The notes: generated by a model not told the origin, from the letters alone. 62,419 nucleotides of DNA from an uncultured Burkholderiaceae bacterium (GCA_964597235.1 CAZQXQ010000001.1:1-62419), one strand, 5' to 3'; positions 1 to 12,406 are shown, numbered from the stretch's first letter. Translations and numbers: made by a program.

Positions 1-17
1 CTGATGGAGAAGAAGTA

Positions 18-18
<1 letters not shown>
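1..18 (+). CDS. 3' end of an upstream gene, possibly carbamoyl-phosphate synthase small subunit (partial, 5 codons)
   Basis: Frame 1 is open from the window edge (LMEKK) and stops at TAA 16-18, overlapping the carB ATG (TAATG). carA-carB adjacency is common. Too short to identify by sequence. Confidence 0.3.
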
Positions 19-3278
<3,260 letters not shown>

Positions 3279-3471
3279 TATTCGGTTGATTCAAACTGGC
3301 ATGGAGTGCGTCTGCAGGTCACAAATGATGCATTGCAACAACACTTTGCATTTAAAGACCAAAAAGTCAAAAGCTCCATGCTAGTATGAAAATCTTCGAG
3401 TATTTGATCTGACTTTGTTGAAATCAGCGGCTTGCCCGCTGCTGCAGCAAAGGTAACTTCCCGGAAAATTC

Positions 3472-4854
3472 ATGAATTCCTTTGCTCCCCACGCAATTGC
3501 CGTTGCAGCCTGCCTGATCGCCGCAACCTCCCACGCTCAAAACGCTGCACCTGCCCCCGACGCACCTGCCGCGCCCGCAACCTCCATGGCGGATATGCCC
3601 AAGGGTGACGCCTTGACCGGCAGCACCTTCAGCACGCCTACGGCGACCCCCGCGCTCAACCAGACACCTTCGGCTCCTGGTGCCTACGACGATCTGGCGG
3701 GCATCGGTCGTCGCAGTTTCGAGCAGGGCGAAATGATCCTGACAGAACCTGTGTTTGGTGTGCCACTGCGTTTTGAAAACGGCCTGCACGTCTTCGCTTC
3801 CGGCTTGGCGGGCGTGGGCTACAACGACAACGTAGTGGGTACTGCAACCAACACGGTTGGCTCTACAGTCTTGTCCGCGCAGCCCCGCATCGTGGGGGAA
3901 ATGAAGAAAGCCGGTGACCGTTACACCCTCTCGTATACCGGTAACTACACTCGTTATACCAACAGTGCGGCGGATAATTTCAACAACCACCGCTTCCAGT
4001 TGGCTGGCGATAACTACTTCTCCAGCCGCTCCCGCCTGGGTTGGTCGGCTGGCTATGTGGACCAGGTGGACCCGCGCGGCAGTACTAACCGTGCGGTTTC
4101 TGCAGAACCCGATCGCTGGACAGCTCCCGTCGCGCGCGGTCTCTATACCTACGGTGCTAAGGGTGCTCAGGGTCGATTTGAAGTTGAAGGCGCCCTGCAA
4201 AACAAGCGTTACCAGAACAACCGCGTCATCACCGAAGGCTATGACGTAGATACCCAGGCGTACAGCGGTCGCTTCTTTGCCCGCGTCATGCCCAAAACCT
4301 CGGCGGTATTTGAGCTGCGGCACATCAAAGCGGATTACAAGCTTGCTACCTCTCCCTATGACAACCGCGACAACCGTCTCCTTGTCGGTTTGACCTGGGA
4401 AGCTGCTGCTAAAACTACCGGAACCTTCAAGATCGGTCGCCAGAAGAAGAATTTTGATTTGGCTTCCATGGCCGATGCGTCCCGTGGCACCTGGGAGGCC
4501 GCCATTCGTTGGGAGCCCTTGACTTACTCCACGTTTGACCTCATTACCAGCCGTGCGGCCGCTGACTCGACCGGCGTCGGCAGCTACACCAACACCACCC
4601 AAACGGCGCTGGTCTGGAACCACCAGTGGGCCGGCTACCTCAGCACCCGTGCCACTCTCGGCGCACTCAAATCCGATTTCGCGGGTACTGACCGCTCCGA
4701 CAGCACCCGCAACGTCGGCCTGGGCGTGTTCTATGGCTTGGGCAGCAAATACCGTGCTGGTCTGGAACTGGTTCAAACCCGTCGCAACTCCAACATCGAC
4801 GCTTTCGACTTCACCCGTAACACCACTTTCCTGTCCCTCGAAGGCACTCTGTAA
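3472..4854 (+). CDS. outer-membrane beta-barrel protein of the polysaccharide export module
   Basis: 460 aa. Sec signal peptide (MNSFAPHAIAVAACLIAATSHAQN), then alternating-hydrophobic strand pattern with Gly/aromatic turns throughout. Only a 2-nt gap to the downstream OPX gene. Confidence 0.7.
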   Translation: MNSFAPHAIAVAACLIAATSHAQNAAPAPDAPAAPATSMADMPKGDALTGSTFSTPTATPALNQTPSAPGAYDDLAGIGRRSFEQGEMILTEPVFGVPLRFENGLHVFASGLAGVGYNDNVVGTATNTVGSTVLSAQPRIVGEMKKAGDRYTLSYTGNYTRYTNSAADNFNNHRFQLAGDNYFSSRSRLGWSAGYVDQVDPRGSTNRAVSAEPDRWTAPVARGLYTYGAKGAQGRFEVEGALQNKRYQNNRVITEGYDVDTQAYSGRFFARVMPKTSAVFELRHIKADYKLATSPYDNRDNRLLVGLTWEAAAKTTGTFKIGRQKKNFDLASMADASRGTWEAAIRWEPLTYSTFDLITSRAAADSTGVGSYTNTTQTALVWNHQWAGYLSTRATLGALKSDFAGTDRSDSTRNVGLGVFYGLGSKYRAGLELVQTRRNSNIDAFDFTRNTTFLSLEGTL

Positions 4855-4856
4855 CC

Positions 4857-5492
4857 ATGTGGGCTCGCGTCATCCCTGGCTTGATTTATTGGTTTAAGCA
4901 ATCCGCGCTGGGTTTGCTATTACTTGGCGTCACCTTGTTGGTGGCCGCGCAAACCCCGGGCCCTGCCGCAGCCCAGCCAGCGGATGCGCTTGTTGCTGCG
5001 GGCAACGCCAATCCCGCTGCGGATCTGCGCTCCACCTACAAGCTGGCTGCGGGTGATGTCATCACCATCCTGGTGTTTGGCGAAGACGAATTCACCAAGG
5101 AAAAGATTCGCCTCACCGATGCGGGCACCCTCATGTTCCCGGGTTTGGGCGAAATCAACCTGCTCGGCCAAACCATTGGCGACTTGGAACGTCTCATCAC
5201 CAACGGCCTGCGCGGTCGCATCCTGGTGAACCCCAAGGTGGCGGTGCAGATCGTTGAATACCGGCCCTTCTACATCAACGGCATGGTTGATAAACCGGGT
5301 GGCTACCCCTTCCAGCCAGGCCTGACGGTGCGCAAGGCGGCCTCGCTGGCCGGCGGTTTCAAAGAACGCGCCGCCCTCAACAAAATCCATGTCATCCGCG
5401 AAACCGACCCTCAACAGCGCCCGCAAAAGGTGGACCTGAACACCCCCGTCGGTCCTGGCGACATCATCACGGTCGAAGAGTCCTTCTTTTAA
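4857..5492 (+). CDS. short polysaccharide export (OPX, Wza-family) periplasmic protein
   Basis: 211 aa. N-terminal signal/anchor, Poly_export-type motif (YKLAAGDVITILVFGEDEF...GTLMFPGLGEINLLGQT) and one SLBB-like unit (VDKPGGYPFQPGLTVRKAASLAGGF). The ORF ends right after it, with no Wza-type C-terminal OM helix. Confidence 0.85.
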   Translation: MWARVIPGLIYWFKQSALGLLLLGVTLLVAAQTPGPAAAQPADALVAAGNANPAADLRSTYKLAAGDVITILVFGEDEFTKEKIRLTDAGTLMFPGLGEINLLGQTIGDLERLITNGLRGRILVNPKVAVQIVEYRPFYINGMVDKPGGYPFQPGLTVRKAASLAGGFKERAALNKIHVIRETDPQQRPQKVDLNTPVGPGDIITVEESFF

Positions 5493-5560
5493 GCACGCGT
5501 CTTCCGCATGCTCTTGCGGCCAGTCTCGCGCGGCCGCGCCTCCAGAGTTTCATATCCACC

Positions 5561-7837
5561 ATGTTCACTTCCATAACCTCTCAGGGGCAGGAGGCAGCGG
5601 GCCGAGCGCCCCTGCAGTCCGCTCCCCCCAGCGACGAACCCCAGCTGGACCTGCTCGAATACTGGCGCAGCATTAGCAAGCGCAAATGGCAGATCCTGCT
5701 GTTTGGTGTCATGGTCGCCATACTGGCCGCCGCCATCGTGTTCAGCCTGACCCCCGTGTACCGGGCCACCAGTACCGTGCTGCTGGAAGCCAACAAGGCC
5801 AAGGTGGTGGCGATCGAGGACGTCTACAGCGGCATGGGCCAAAGCCGTGAGTACTTTCAAACCCAGTTTGAAATCATCAAGTCCCGCGAAGTGGCGATGA
5901 AAACCATTCGCACCCTGCAGTTGTGGGAGCAGCCCGAGTTTGACCCCCGCCTGCGCGAAGAGGGCCTGATCAAGAAAACCCTCATCACCCTGGGCATTGC
6001 CGAGCAGCCCGAGCCCATCGAATGGGATGACGACAAGATGGCTGAGGCCGTCTATGGTCAGTTCAGCAAACAGCTGTTTGTTGAACCCATTCGCCAAAGC
6101 CAGTTGGTCAAGATCAGTTTTGAGTCGCAAAGCCCCTCCCTGGCGGCCAACGTGGCCAACACCGTGGCCAATACCTACATCACCAACGACTTTGATGCTC
6201 GCTTTGAGATGACCCGCAAGGCCAACCAATGGCTGGATGGTCAGCTGGAAACGCTCAAGGCCAAGGTGGAAGAGTCCGAGCGCGCGCTCCAGTCCTACCG
6301 TGAGCGCAACGGTCTGCTCAACATCAAAGACCTGGCCCAAAGCGGTGCCGGTCGCCAGGTGGACGATCTCATGCAGCGCCTGACCCAGCTGCGCCTGCGC
6401 CGGGCCGAGGCCGAAAGCGTGTACGACCAGATCAAAGGAGCCCGCCCTGGCGAAGACCTGGGCTCGCTGCCAGCCGTGTTGCGCGATCCCTCGGTGTCCA
6501 ATGCCAAGGCCCAAGAAAACCTGGCCGAGCGCAAACTTTCGGAAGTTGCCCAACGCTACGGACCCGAGCACCCCCGCTACGTGGCAGCTGAAGCCGACCT
6601 CAAAACCGCCCGCGAGGCGAGCAAGCGTGCGGTGGATCTGGTGGTGGCCAGCGTGACCCGCGAGGTGGAAACCTCGCTCGCCACGGAGAAAAGCCTGGAA
6701 GCCAGCCTGAACCGCGCGATGGGCGGCGTACAGCGCCTGAACCGCAAAGAGTTCGAGCTGACCGAGCTGGAGCGTGAAGTCGCTTCCAACCAGCAGATGT
6801 ACGACATGTTCCTGAAGCGGGCCAAGGAAACCACCGTGGCCGGCGAAATCCAGAGCGCCATTGCCCGCGTGGTGGACCAGGCCACCCTGCCCAAGGCTCC
6901 TGTCAAGCCGCAAAAGGTGCAAATCATTGCCATCGCGCTGGTGCTGGGCCTGTTCATCGCCGTGCTGGCTGCGCTGCTGATCGACCAGCTCGACAACACC
7001 CTGAAAAGTACCCAGGACGTCGAAAACCGCCTGAAAGCCCCGCTGCTGGCCACTTTGCCCAAGCTGGCCAAGGCCGACACCCGCCGTTCGGCCACGGCAC
7101 GCCTGATGCTGGACAAGCCCAACTCCATCTACGCCGAATCCATCCGATCAGCCCGCACCGGCGTGATGCTGTCCGCCATCGACCAACAGCACCGCATCCT
7201 CCTGGTCACCTCCAGCCTGCCGGCCGAAGGCAAATCCACCCTGGCCATCAACCTGGCGCTGGCCCACAGCCAGACCCAACGCACCCTGCTGATTGATGCC
7301 GACATGCGCCGCCCCTCCGTGGCGCGCGGGCTGGAGCTGCCCCCTGCCGCCAAGGGCCTGTCCAACCTGGTGTCGGGTTCCTCGTCGCTGGAAGAGTGCC
7401 TGCACACGCTGGATGGCAGCACGCTCACCATCATCCCGGCGGGCACCGTGCCGCCCAATCCGCTGGAGCTGCTGTTGTCCGCCCGCTTCAAGGAAACTCT
7501 GGACCAGCTTGCCCAGCAATTCGAAACCATCATCATCGACTCGCCCCCGGTCGAGCTGGTGTCCGATGCCCAGGTCATTGCGCCGAACGCCACTGGCGTG
7601 ATTTACGTGGTCAAGGCCCACGCCACCCCCTACCAGCTTGTCCGCAAGGGCCTGGCCAAGATGCACCAGGTCGGGGGGCACTTGTTGGGCGTGGCCATCA
7701 ACCAGTTCGACTTTGCGCGGGCTGAGAAATACCACGGCGAATACTCCGGCTACGGCAAGTACGGTTACGGCAAGTACGGTTACCGCGATGGTTACGGTGC
7801 TACTTACGGCACAGCTCCTGCCACCAGCAAAGCCTGA
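5561..7837 (+). CDS. polysaccharide co-polymerase / BY-family tyrosine autokinase (Wzc-like, fused)
   Basis: 758 aa. Wzz-type N-terminal TM + periplasmic coiled-coil + second TM. Cytoplasmic kinase with Walker A (SSLPAEGKST), A' (LLIDADMRRP) and B (IIIDSPP). C-terminal Tyr cluster YHGEYSGYGKYGYGKYGYRDGYGATYG. Confidence 0.92.
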   Translation: MFTSITSQGQEAAGRAPLQSAPPSDEPQLDLLEYWRSISKRKWQILLFGVMVAILAAAIVFSLTPVYRATSTVLLEANKAKVVAIEDVYSGMGQSREYFQTQFEIIKSREVAMKTIRTLQLWEQPEFDPRLREEGLIKKTLITLGIAEQPEPIEWDDDKMAEAVYGQFSKQLFVEPIRQSQLVKISFESQSPSLAANVANTVANTYITNDFDARFEMTRKANQWLDGQLETLKAKVEESERALQSYRERNGLLNIKDLAQSGAGRQVDDLMQRLTQLRLRRAEAESVYDQIKGARPGEDLGSLPAVLRDPSVSNAKAQENLAERKLSEVAQRYGPEHPRYVAAEADLKTAREASKRAVDLVVASVTREVETSLATEKSLEASLNRAMGGVQRLNRKEFELTELEREVASNQQMYDMFLKRAKETTVAGEIQSAIARVVDQATLPKAPVKPQKVQIIAIALVLGLFIAVLAALLIDQLDNTLKSTQDVENRLKAPLLATLPKLAKADTRRSATARLMLDKPNSIYAESIRSARTGVMLSAIDQQHRILLVTSSLPAEGKSTLAINLALAHSQTQRTLLIDADMRRPSVARGLELPPAAKGLSNLVSGSSSLEECLHTLDGSTLTIIPAGTVPPNPLELLLSARFKETLDQLAQQFETIIIDSPPVELVSDAQVIAPNATGVIYVVKAHATPYQLVRKGLAKMHQVGGHLLGVAINQFDFARAEKYHGEYSGYGKYGYGKYGYRDGYGATYGTAPATSKA

Positions 7838-8565
7838 TGATCGACCTGCACACGCACTTTCTGCCCGGTATCGACGACGGTGCCGAAAACCTGGCCGAGT
7901 CCCTGGAACTCGCCCGCAAGGCGGTGAGCGACGGCATCGTCGCCGCCGCCATGACGCCCCATATCCATCCGGGCCGGTTTGACAACCAACGTAGCCGCAT
8001 CCTCAACGACGTCGAGGCATTTCAAAAGAGCCTGCAAAGCCACGGAATTCCGCTGCAAGTGTTTGCCGGGGCCGAAGTGCGGCTGGGGTTGGAGTCGCTG
8101 GAGCTATTACTGGCGGGCGAAGTGCCCTTTTTAGGGACCGTCAATGGCGCCAAAGTGCTGCTGGTGGAACTGCCGCATTCGCACATCCCCGTGGGCACAC
8201 AACAGTTTGTGCGCAAACTGCTCGACCTCAATATTCGTCCCCTGATCGCCCACCCCGAGCGCAACAAGGCGGTGATGGAAGACCCCCGGCGCATTCACCC
8301 CTTTGTTGAGGCCGGTTGCTGGCTACAGGTCACCGCCGGATCGCTGACCGGCGACTTTGGTGCCAGCGCCGAACAAGTCGCCTGGGAGTTGCTGGACGAC
8401 GACTGGGCCTACGTCGTCGCCAGCGACGCCCACAACCTGGGTGCCCGTCCCCCGCGCCTAAGCGCCGCCCGGCAAGCCGTGGCCGACAGGCTGGGCGAAG
8501 ACGTGGCCCAGCTCATGTTCCACACCCGCCCCGCCCGCATCCTGGGCGTGCCCCTGAATGCCTGA
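7837..8565 (+). CDS. PHP-family (CpsB/CapC-type) protein-tyrosine phosphatase
   Basis: 242 aa beginning MIDLHTHFLPGIDDGA, with later HPER and SDAH motifs typical of metal-dependent CpsB phosphatases. ATG overlaps the kinase stop (ATGA). Confidence 0.85.
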   Translation: MIDLHTHFLPGIDDGAENLAESLELARKAVSDGIVAAAMTPHIHPGRFDNQRSRILNDVEAFQKSLQSHGIPLQVFAGAEVRLGLESLELLLAGEVPFLGTVNGAKVLLVELPHSHIPVGTQQFVRKLLDLNIRPLIAHPERNKAVMEDPRRIHPFVEAGCWLQVTAGSLTGDFGASAEQVAWELLDDDWAYVVASDAHNLGARPPRLSAARQAVADRLGEDVAQLMFHTRPARILGVPLNA

Positions 8566-9349
8566 ATCCATTTCCAGCGCCCATCGCCGCCGCAGTTCTC
8601 GCATGCCCCCTCCAAAACGCCAATGGCCGTTGTGGGCAATGGTGGTGCCGCTGGGCCTTGGCAGTGCCCTGTCGATTGCCCAGCTGTGGCCGGCGGTGCG
8701 GGCTGAAGTGCAGGTGATGCAAAGCCGCTGGCATATCGGCCAATGGCTGAGCGGCCAAGCCCCAGCGCCCAGCCTTGCTGCGTGGCAAAAGGCCCATGAC
8801 CAAGTGATGCTGGCCCAAAGCCTCAACCCCGAAGACCCCCAGCACGCCGAAGCCCTGGCCGCCCTGTTTGCGCTCCAGGCCGGCATCAATGCCCAAGTGC
8901 CGTTCCTGAAACAGCTGGCCCACACCTTCTACGGCCAGGCTGCACAGGCTTACCGCCAATCGCTGGTGCACCGCCCCATGTCCGGTGTGACCTGGGCCAA
9001 CCTGGCATTTGCACTGCACCAGCTGGAGCAGCTGGGTGAAAAGCAAGCCCCGCCGGATGAAGCCCTGTGGCCCGCCTTCGACAAAGGCATGGCCTACGGC
9101 CAGCGCGAGCCCCAGGCGCAGGCGCTCCTGGTGCGCGTGGCCCTGGCCCGCTGGGCCAGCCTGTCGCCAGAACGCCAGCAAGCCGTGCAAACCTTGCTGC
9201 AAGACCTGGTGCCTCTGCGCCAGCAAGCGTCCATGCAGCGCCTCCTGGAAGAGGCCAGCCGGGCAGATCTCATCCCCAGCGAATGGGAAAAGACGGACAA
9301 GACTCTGGAAGACGACGTCACCAACGACCCCTCCAGCGGTAAACCGTGA
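8558..9349 (+). CDS. hypothetical membrane-anchored protein, helical-repeat (TPR-like) periplasmic part
   Basis: 263-aa ORF with basic N-terminus, one TM (WPLWAMVVPLGLGSALSIAQLW) and Ala/Leu/Gln-rich helical remainder. Overlaps the phosphatase stop by 8 nt. An alternative start lies at 8603. No family recognised. Confidence 0.5.
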   Translation: MPESISSAHRRRSSRMPPPKRQWPLWAMVVPLGLGSALSIAQLWPAVRAEVQVMQSRWHIGQWLSGQAPAPSLAAWQKAHDQVMLAQSLNPEDPQHAEALAALFALQAGINAQVPFLKQLAHTFYGQAAQAYRQSLVHRPMSGVTWANLAFALHQLEQLGEKQAPPDEALWPAFDKGMAYGQREPQAQALLVRVALARWASLSPERQQAVQTLLQDLVPLRQQASMQRLLEEASRADLIPSEWEKTDKTLEDDVTNDPSSGKP

Positions 9350-9407
9350 AGCACCGCCCCCACAACTGCTGCTCCGTAGCCTGAAATTGCTGCCATAGTG
9401 GTCCCCC

Positions 9408-9800
9408 ATGAACACCCCACCCATACCCGCCTCGTTGCGCCAAACCCTGCAACAGCAGTCCGACTTGGCCTTTGCCGTGCTGGTTGGCAGCCGAGCCACC
9501 GGTACGCAGCGCCCCGACAGCGACTGGGACATTGCTTTGCAATGGGCGCCCACGGTCGATGCCTACAGTGCTCTGGGCGCCACGGAAACCCTCCGGCGCC
9601 AACTGGCTCACGCCTTGCAGCAGCCGGAAACTGCTATTGACCTGATCGACTTGCGCCATGCCAACCTGGCCATGCGGGCCAGCGCGGCGGAAGAAGGCCA
9701 ACCCCTGCACATCGCCAACGACCTGGTCTGGGCCCGATTTCTGGAACGCACCTGGCGCGAACTGGAACAGTTTGAGTGGGAGCAACGCCATGCGGCTTGA
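9408..9800 (+). CDS. nucleotidyltransferase-domain antitoxin (MntA-like), pair 1
   Basis: 130 aa. Minimal NTase motif VGSRATGTQRPDSDWDIAL (GSx..Gx..SDxD). Overlaps the downstream HepT gene by 11 nt. Confidence 0.85.
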   Translation: MNTPPIPASLRQTLQQQSDLAFAVLVGSRATGTQRPDSDWDIALQWAPTVDAYSALGATETLRRQLAHALQQPETAIDLIDLRHANLAMRASAAEEGQPLHIANDLVWARFLERTWRELEQFEWEQRHAA

Positions 9801-10206
9801 TATCTACCAGGCAGAAACCGCCCGCACTGCAGCAGCACAAGCGGCCATATTCCAAGCCGCCCGGGATATTTTGCGCAGCGGCCGTGCGCTTACCGGACTG
9901 GAGATGTCCGGCCTGCTGCACGCCTTGCAAGTCAGCACAGAAAACGCTATCGGCAAGGCCAAACACTGGCTCAAAGCCAGTGGCCGTATCGTCCCCGTTT
10001 CTGCCTACGACGCATTTGCCGCCTTGGTGGAAGCAGGCTTACTGCCCGCGCAAACCCTACCTACCTGGAACGCCATCATCGGCCTGCGCAACCGCATCGT
10101 TCATGACTACATGAACATCGACTTGAAGCTGATTCAAAGCATGGTGCTGGAGCAGCGAGAGCAGTTTGTCTTGGACTTTTTGCTCCTGGACTTTCCAAAG
10201 CCATAA
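9790..10206 (+). CDS. HepT-like (DUF86, HEPN) toxin, pair 1
   Basis: Internal ATG at 9790 of the 9658..10206 ORF (MRLDIYQAE...). Rx4HxY motif RNRIVHDY near the C-terminus. About 138 aa, typical of DUF86. Confidence 0.85.
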   Translation: MRLDIYQAETARTAAAQAAIFQAARDILRSGRALTGLEMSGLLHALQVSTENAIGKAKHWLKASGRIVPVSAYDAFAALVEAGLLPAQTLPTWNAIIGLRNRIVHDYMNIDLKLIQSMVLEQREQFVLDFLLLDFPKP

Positions 10207-10218
10207 CGGGTGGCCCCC

Positions 10219-10881
10219 CTACAATCGCTGCTCCTTAGCCAGCTTTTCCAGCAACTCCTTCCACAGGCGCACCTGGCTGCTGCCGCCCTTGCGTGACTGG
10301 CCGTTGGGGAGCCACAGATCGTCGTCGTTAAAGCTGTACACCGGCTCCAGGTCCGTGCGCTGCGAGGCGGGCAAGACCTCCTTCGTCAGGTTGTCCAGGA
10401 TCAGCGGCTCTGCGTCTGGCGTGCGGTAGTAGGCCAGCACCATGTGCGCCTCGTTCAGGCGCAGCGCGCGCACGTAGGTGATGCGCAGGCGCTCGATCGG
10501 GATACCCACCTCTTTCAGCGTCAGGTACTTGGCCACGGAATAGTCCTCGCAGTCCCCGCCAAAGCTGCCCAGCATTTCGACGGGCGTGGCCCAGTAGTCT
10601 TCCACCCCCCAATGGCGGATGTCGTTCAGATAGGGCACCTGGTTGAAAAAGTTATTGACCCGCGCCAGGGTAGGGGGCGTCAGACTGGCTTCAGGTTGCG
10701 CCTTGCCCGACCAGCTGGCGCGCGTTTCCGCCGTCACCCGTTGCCAGACCGCCAAGCGCTTGGGCGCGTCCTGCCCCCAGCGCTGCAGCACCCAGGCCTG
10801 CAAGCCCGCAGAAAAGTCGGTCAGATTGGCCCATGCGCCCGCAACACCGCACAGCGAAATGATCAACAGCAGTTTTTTCAT
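10219..10881 (-). CDS. periplasmic transglutaminase-like cysteine protease (BTLCP, LapG-like)
   Basis: 220 aa. Signal peptide MKKLLLIISLCGVAGAWA. Catalytic Cys context GGDCEDYSVAKY, His context EAHMVLAYY, Asp context PLILDNL, as in the BTLCP/LapG family. Confidence 0.85.
   Translation of the reverse strand: MKKLLLIISLCGVAGAWANLTDFSAGLQAWVLQRWGQDAPKRLAVWQRVTAETRASWSGKAQPEASLTPPTLARVNNFFNQVPYLNDIRHWGVEDYWATPVEMLGSFGGDCEDYSVAKYLTLKEVGIPIERLRITYVRALRLNEAHMVLAYYRTPDAEPLILDNLTKEVLPASQRTDLEPVYSFNDDDLWLPNGQSRKGGSSQVRLWKELLEKLAKEQRL
10516..10622. repeat. direct repeat copy A (inside the intact LapG-like gene); copy B is at 13142-13248
   Basis: The 107-nt stretches 10516-10622 and 13142-13248 differ at one position in my hand alignment (tcttcca vs tctttca). 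Confidence 0.85.
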
Positions 10882-11051
10882 GCGAATGCGAAGACGTGCC
10901 GGGGGACAAAAGCGGGCACTTTAACCAAAGTTGATCACAGTTCACCAAGCACCTCGCGCACCCCAACCGGGCAGAAGAGCGTTCTCAGCGGCAATGGCTT
11001 GAAGGTCGAATGAATACAATGAAATCATTGCAATCATTTTGAGAGCCTCCT

Positions 11052-11309
11052 ATGAGCAGTATCACGATTCGAAACCTGGATGACGCCCTCAAAGCCAGCT
11101 TGCGGCTACGGGCTGCGCGGCACGGCGTGTCCATGGAGCAAGAAGTCAGAAACATTCTGCAAAGCACCCTCGCCGCAGAGGCTAGCGCTGCCAGTGGCTT
11201 GGACTTCGCTTTGCGCATTAACCAGCGCTTTAAAGGTCTTGGTGCAGACGATCTACCCTTGCCCGCCCGCCAGCAGGCCCGCCCGCTACCTGACCTCGAC
11301 ACACCATGA
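11052..11309 (+). CDS. VapB/FitA-type antitoxin (ribbon-helix-helix)
   Basis: 85 aa starting MSSITIRNLDDALKASLRLRAARHGVSMEQEVRNIL, the typical Arc/FitA-like antitoxin N-terminus. Overlaps the PIN gene (ATGA). Confidence 0.8.
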   Translation: MSSITIRNLDDALKASLRLRAARHGVSMEQEVRNILQSTLAAEASAASGLDFALRINQRFKGLGADDLPLPARQQARPLPDLDTP

Positions 11310-11767
11310 GCGCCGGATTTTTGCTTGACACCAATGTGCTGTCCGAGTTGATGCGTGAACACCCTGCGCCCGAACTCCTGAACTGGTTTGTCGGTCAAGC
11401 AGCTAACCAGCTGCAAACCAGTGTCATCACGCAGGCTGAAATATTGGCGGGTATTGCTGTTTTGCCGGAGGGCAAACGTCGTGACGCGCTGGCGCGAGCA
11501 GCACACCAAATCTTCAGCGACGATTTTTTGGGGCGTTGCATCGCATTTGGCAGCGGCCCCGCCGAGCACTACGCCATGGTGCGTGCACAGCGCAAGCATG
11601 CAGGCAGGCCCATCACCACCGAAGACGCCCAAATTGCAGCTATTGCACTTGCCGCCCAATTGAAGTTGGTGACCCGCAACACCAAAGACTTTGAAGAAAT
11701 CGACGGCCTGGAGCTCATCAACCCCTGGCAGCCGCACGGAAACAGCATGGACTTCATTGACCTGTAA
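11306..11767 (+). CDS. vapC: PIN-domain ribonuclease toxin (VapC/FitB-like)
   Basis: 153 aa. N-terminal FLLDTNVLSEL acidic motif, then ITTEDAQIAAIALA and LVTRNTKDF, typical of VapC. Confidence 0.85.
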   Translation: MSAGFLLDTNVLSELMREHPAPELLNWFVGQAANQLQTSVITQAEILAGIAVLPEGKRRDALARAAHQIFSDDFLGRCIAFGSGPAEHYAMVRAQRKHAGRPITTEDAQIAAIALAAQLKLVTRNTKDFEEIDGLELINPWQPHGNSMDFIDL

Positions 11768-11877
11768 ACCCAATACCAGAGCCTCAAGACCGAGATCGAT
11801 GCAGGCCTCCAACGCGTGCTCAATCACGGCCTATAAATTTTGGGCGTTGACCGCCCAAGCCAACAGGAGTCGTAGCC

Positions 11878-12165
11878 ATGCAAGTCCACGCCATTTATGA
11901 CCAAGGGCAGTTGCAGTTTGAACAGCCGCTGCGACTCAAACACCAGCGTTTTCGCTTGGTGGTGACCGTGCCCGATGAGGAAATCGACAGCGCGTCTGAC
12001 GATGAAATGAAGACCTTGTCTTCCACGACTGGTACGCGTCAAACCCTCGACGGCATTTTGGGCAGCTGGAAACGGCAGCTGCAGGACAGCCCACCCACCA
12101 CCCTTGAAGACATGGCCCGCTTGCAGATCGAAGCGCTGGAGGAAAAGCACCTTGGCTCGCGATAA
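11878..12165 (+). CDS. small antitoxin-like protein (DUF104/AF2212-like N-terminus)
   Basis: 95 aa. MQVHAIYDQGQLQFEQPLRLKHQRFRLVVTV resembles the 'AIYENGVLKPLEPLDLPEG' antitoxin family. Assignment is by motif only. Confidence 0.45.
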   Translation: MQVHAIYDQGQLQFEQPLRLKHQRFRLVVTVPDEEIDSASDDEMKTLSSTTGTRQTLDGILGSWKRQLQDSPPTTLEDMARLQIEALEEKHLGSR

Positions 12166-12406
12166 ACACCTGGTGCTGGACGTCAGTACCGTTCTTGACC
12201 AATGGCTCAACCCAGGCCAAGTCCAAGCCCAAGCCGACGCTACCGACCAAATTTTTGATCTGGCATCCAGCCTGGCCGATCCGCACGCCCAGCTGCCCGT
12301 AGGCGACGCCGTGGCGCAAAAGGTCATGAGCCTGCCCATGCAACCGTATCTGGACGAGGCCAGCATTGAACGCATCGTGCAGTCAGTTTCCAACATCTTG
12401 TTTTGA
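12104..12406 (+). pseudogene. chimeric/uncertain ORF: PIN-like N-terminal patch fused to a DegT-type aminotransferase C-terminal tail
   Basis: The LVLDVSTVLDQWL patch overlaps the end of the upstream small gene. The tail LPVGDAVAQKVMSLPMQPYLDEASIERIVQSV parallels the C-terminus of the intact DegT enzyme at 28160-29386. Too short for either domain. Confidence 0.25.

Noticed and set aside
3424-6922. Antisense ORFs 3424..4776 and 5489..6922 (minus strand)
   Set aside because: They oppose the beta-barrel and Wzc genes. No motifs, and the composition is typical of spurious frames in GC-rich DNA.
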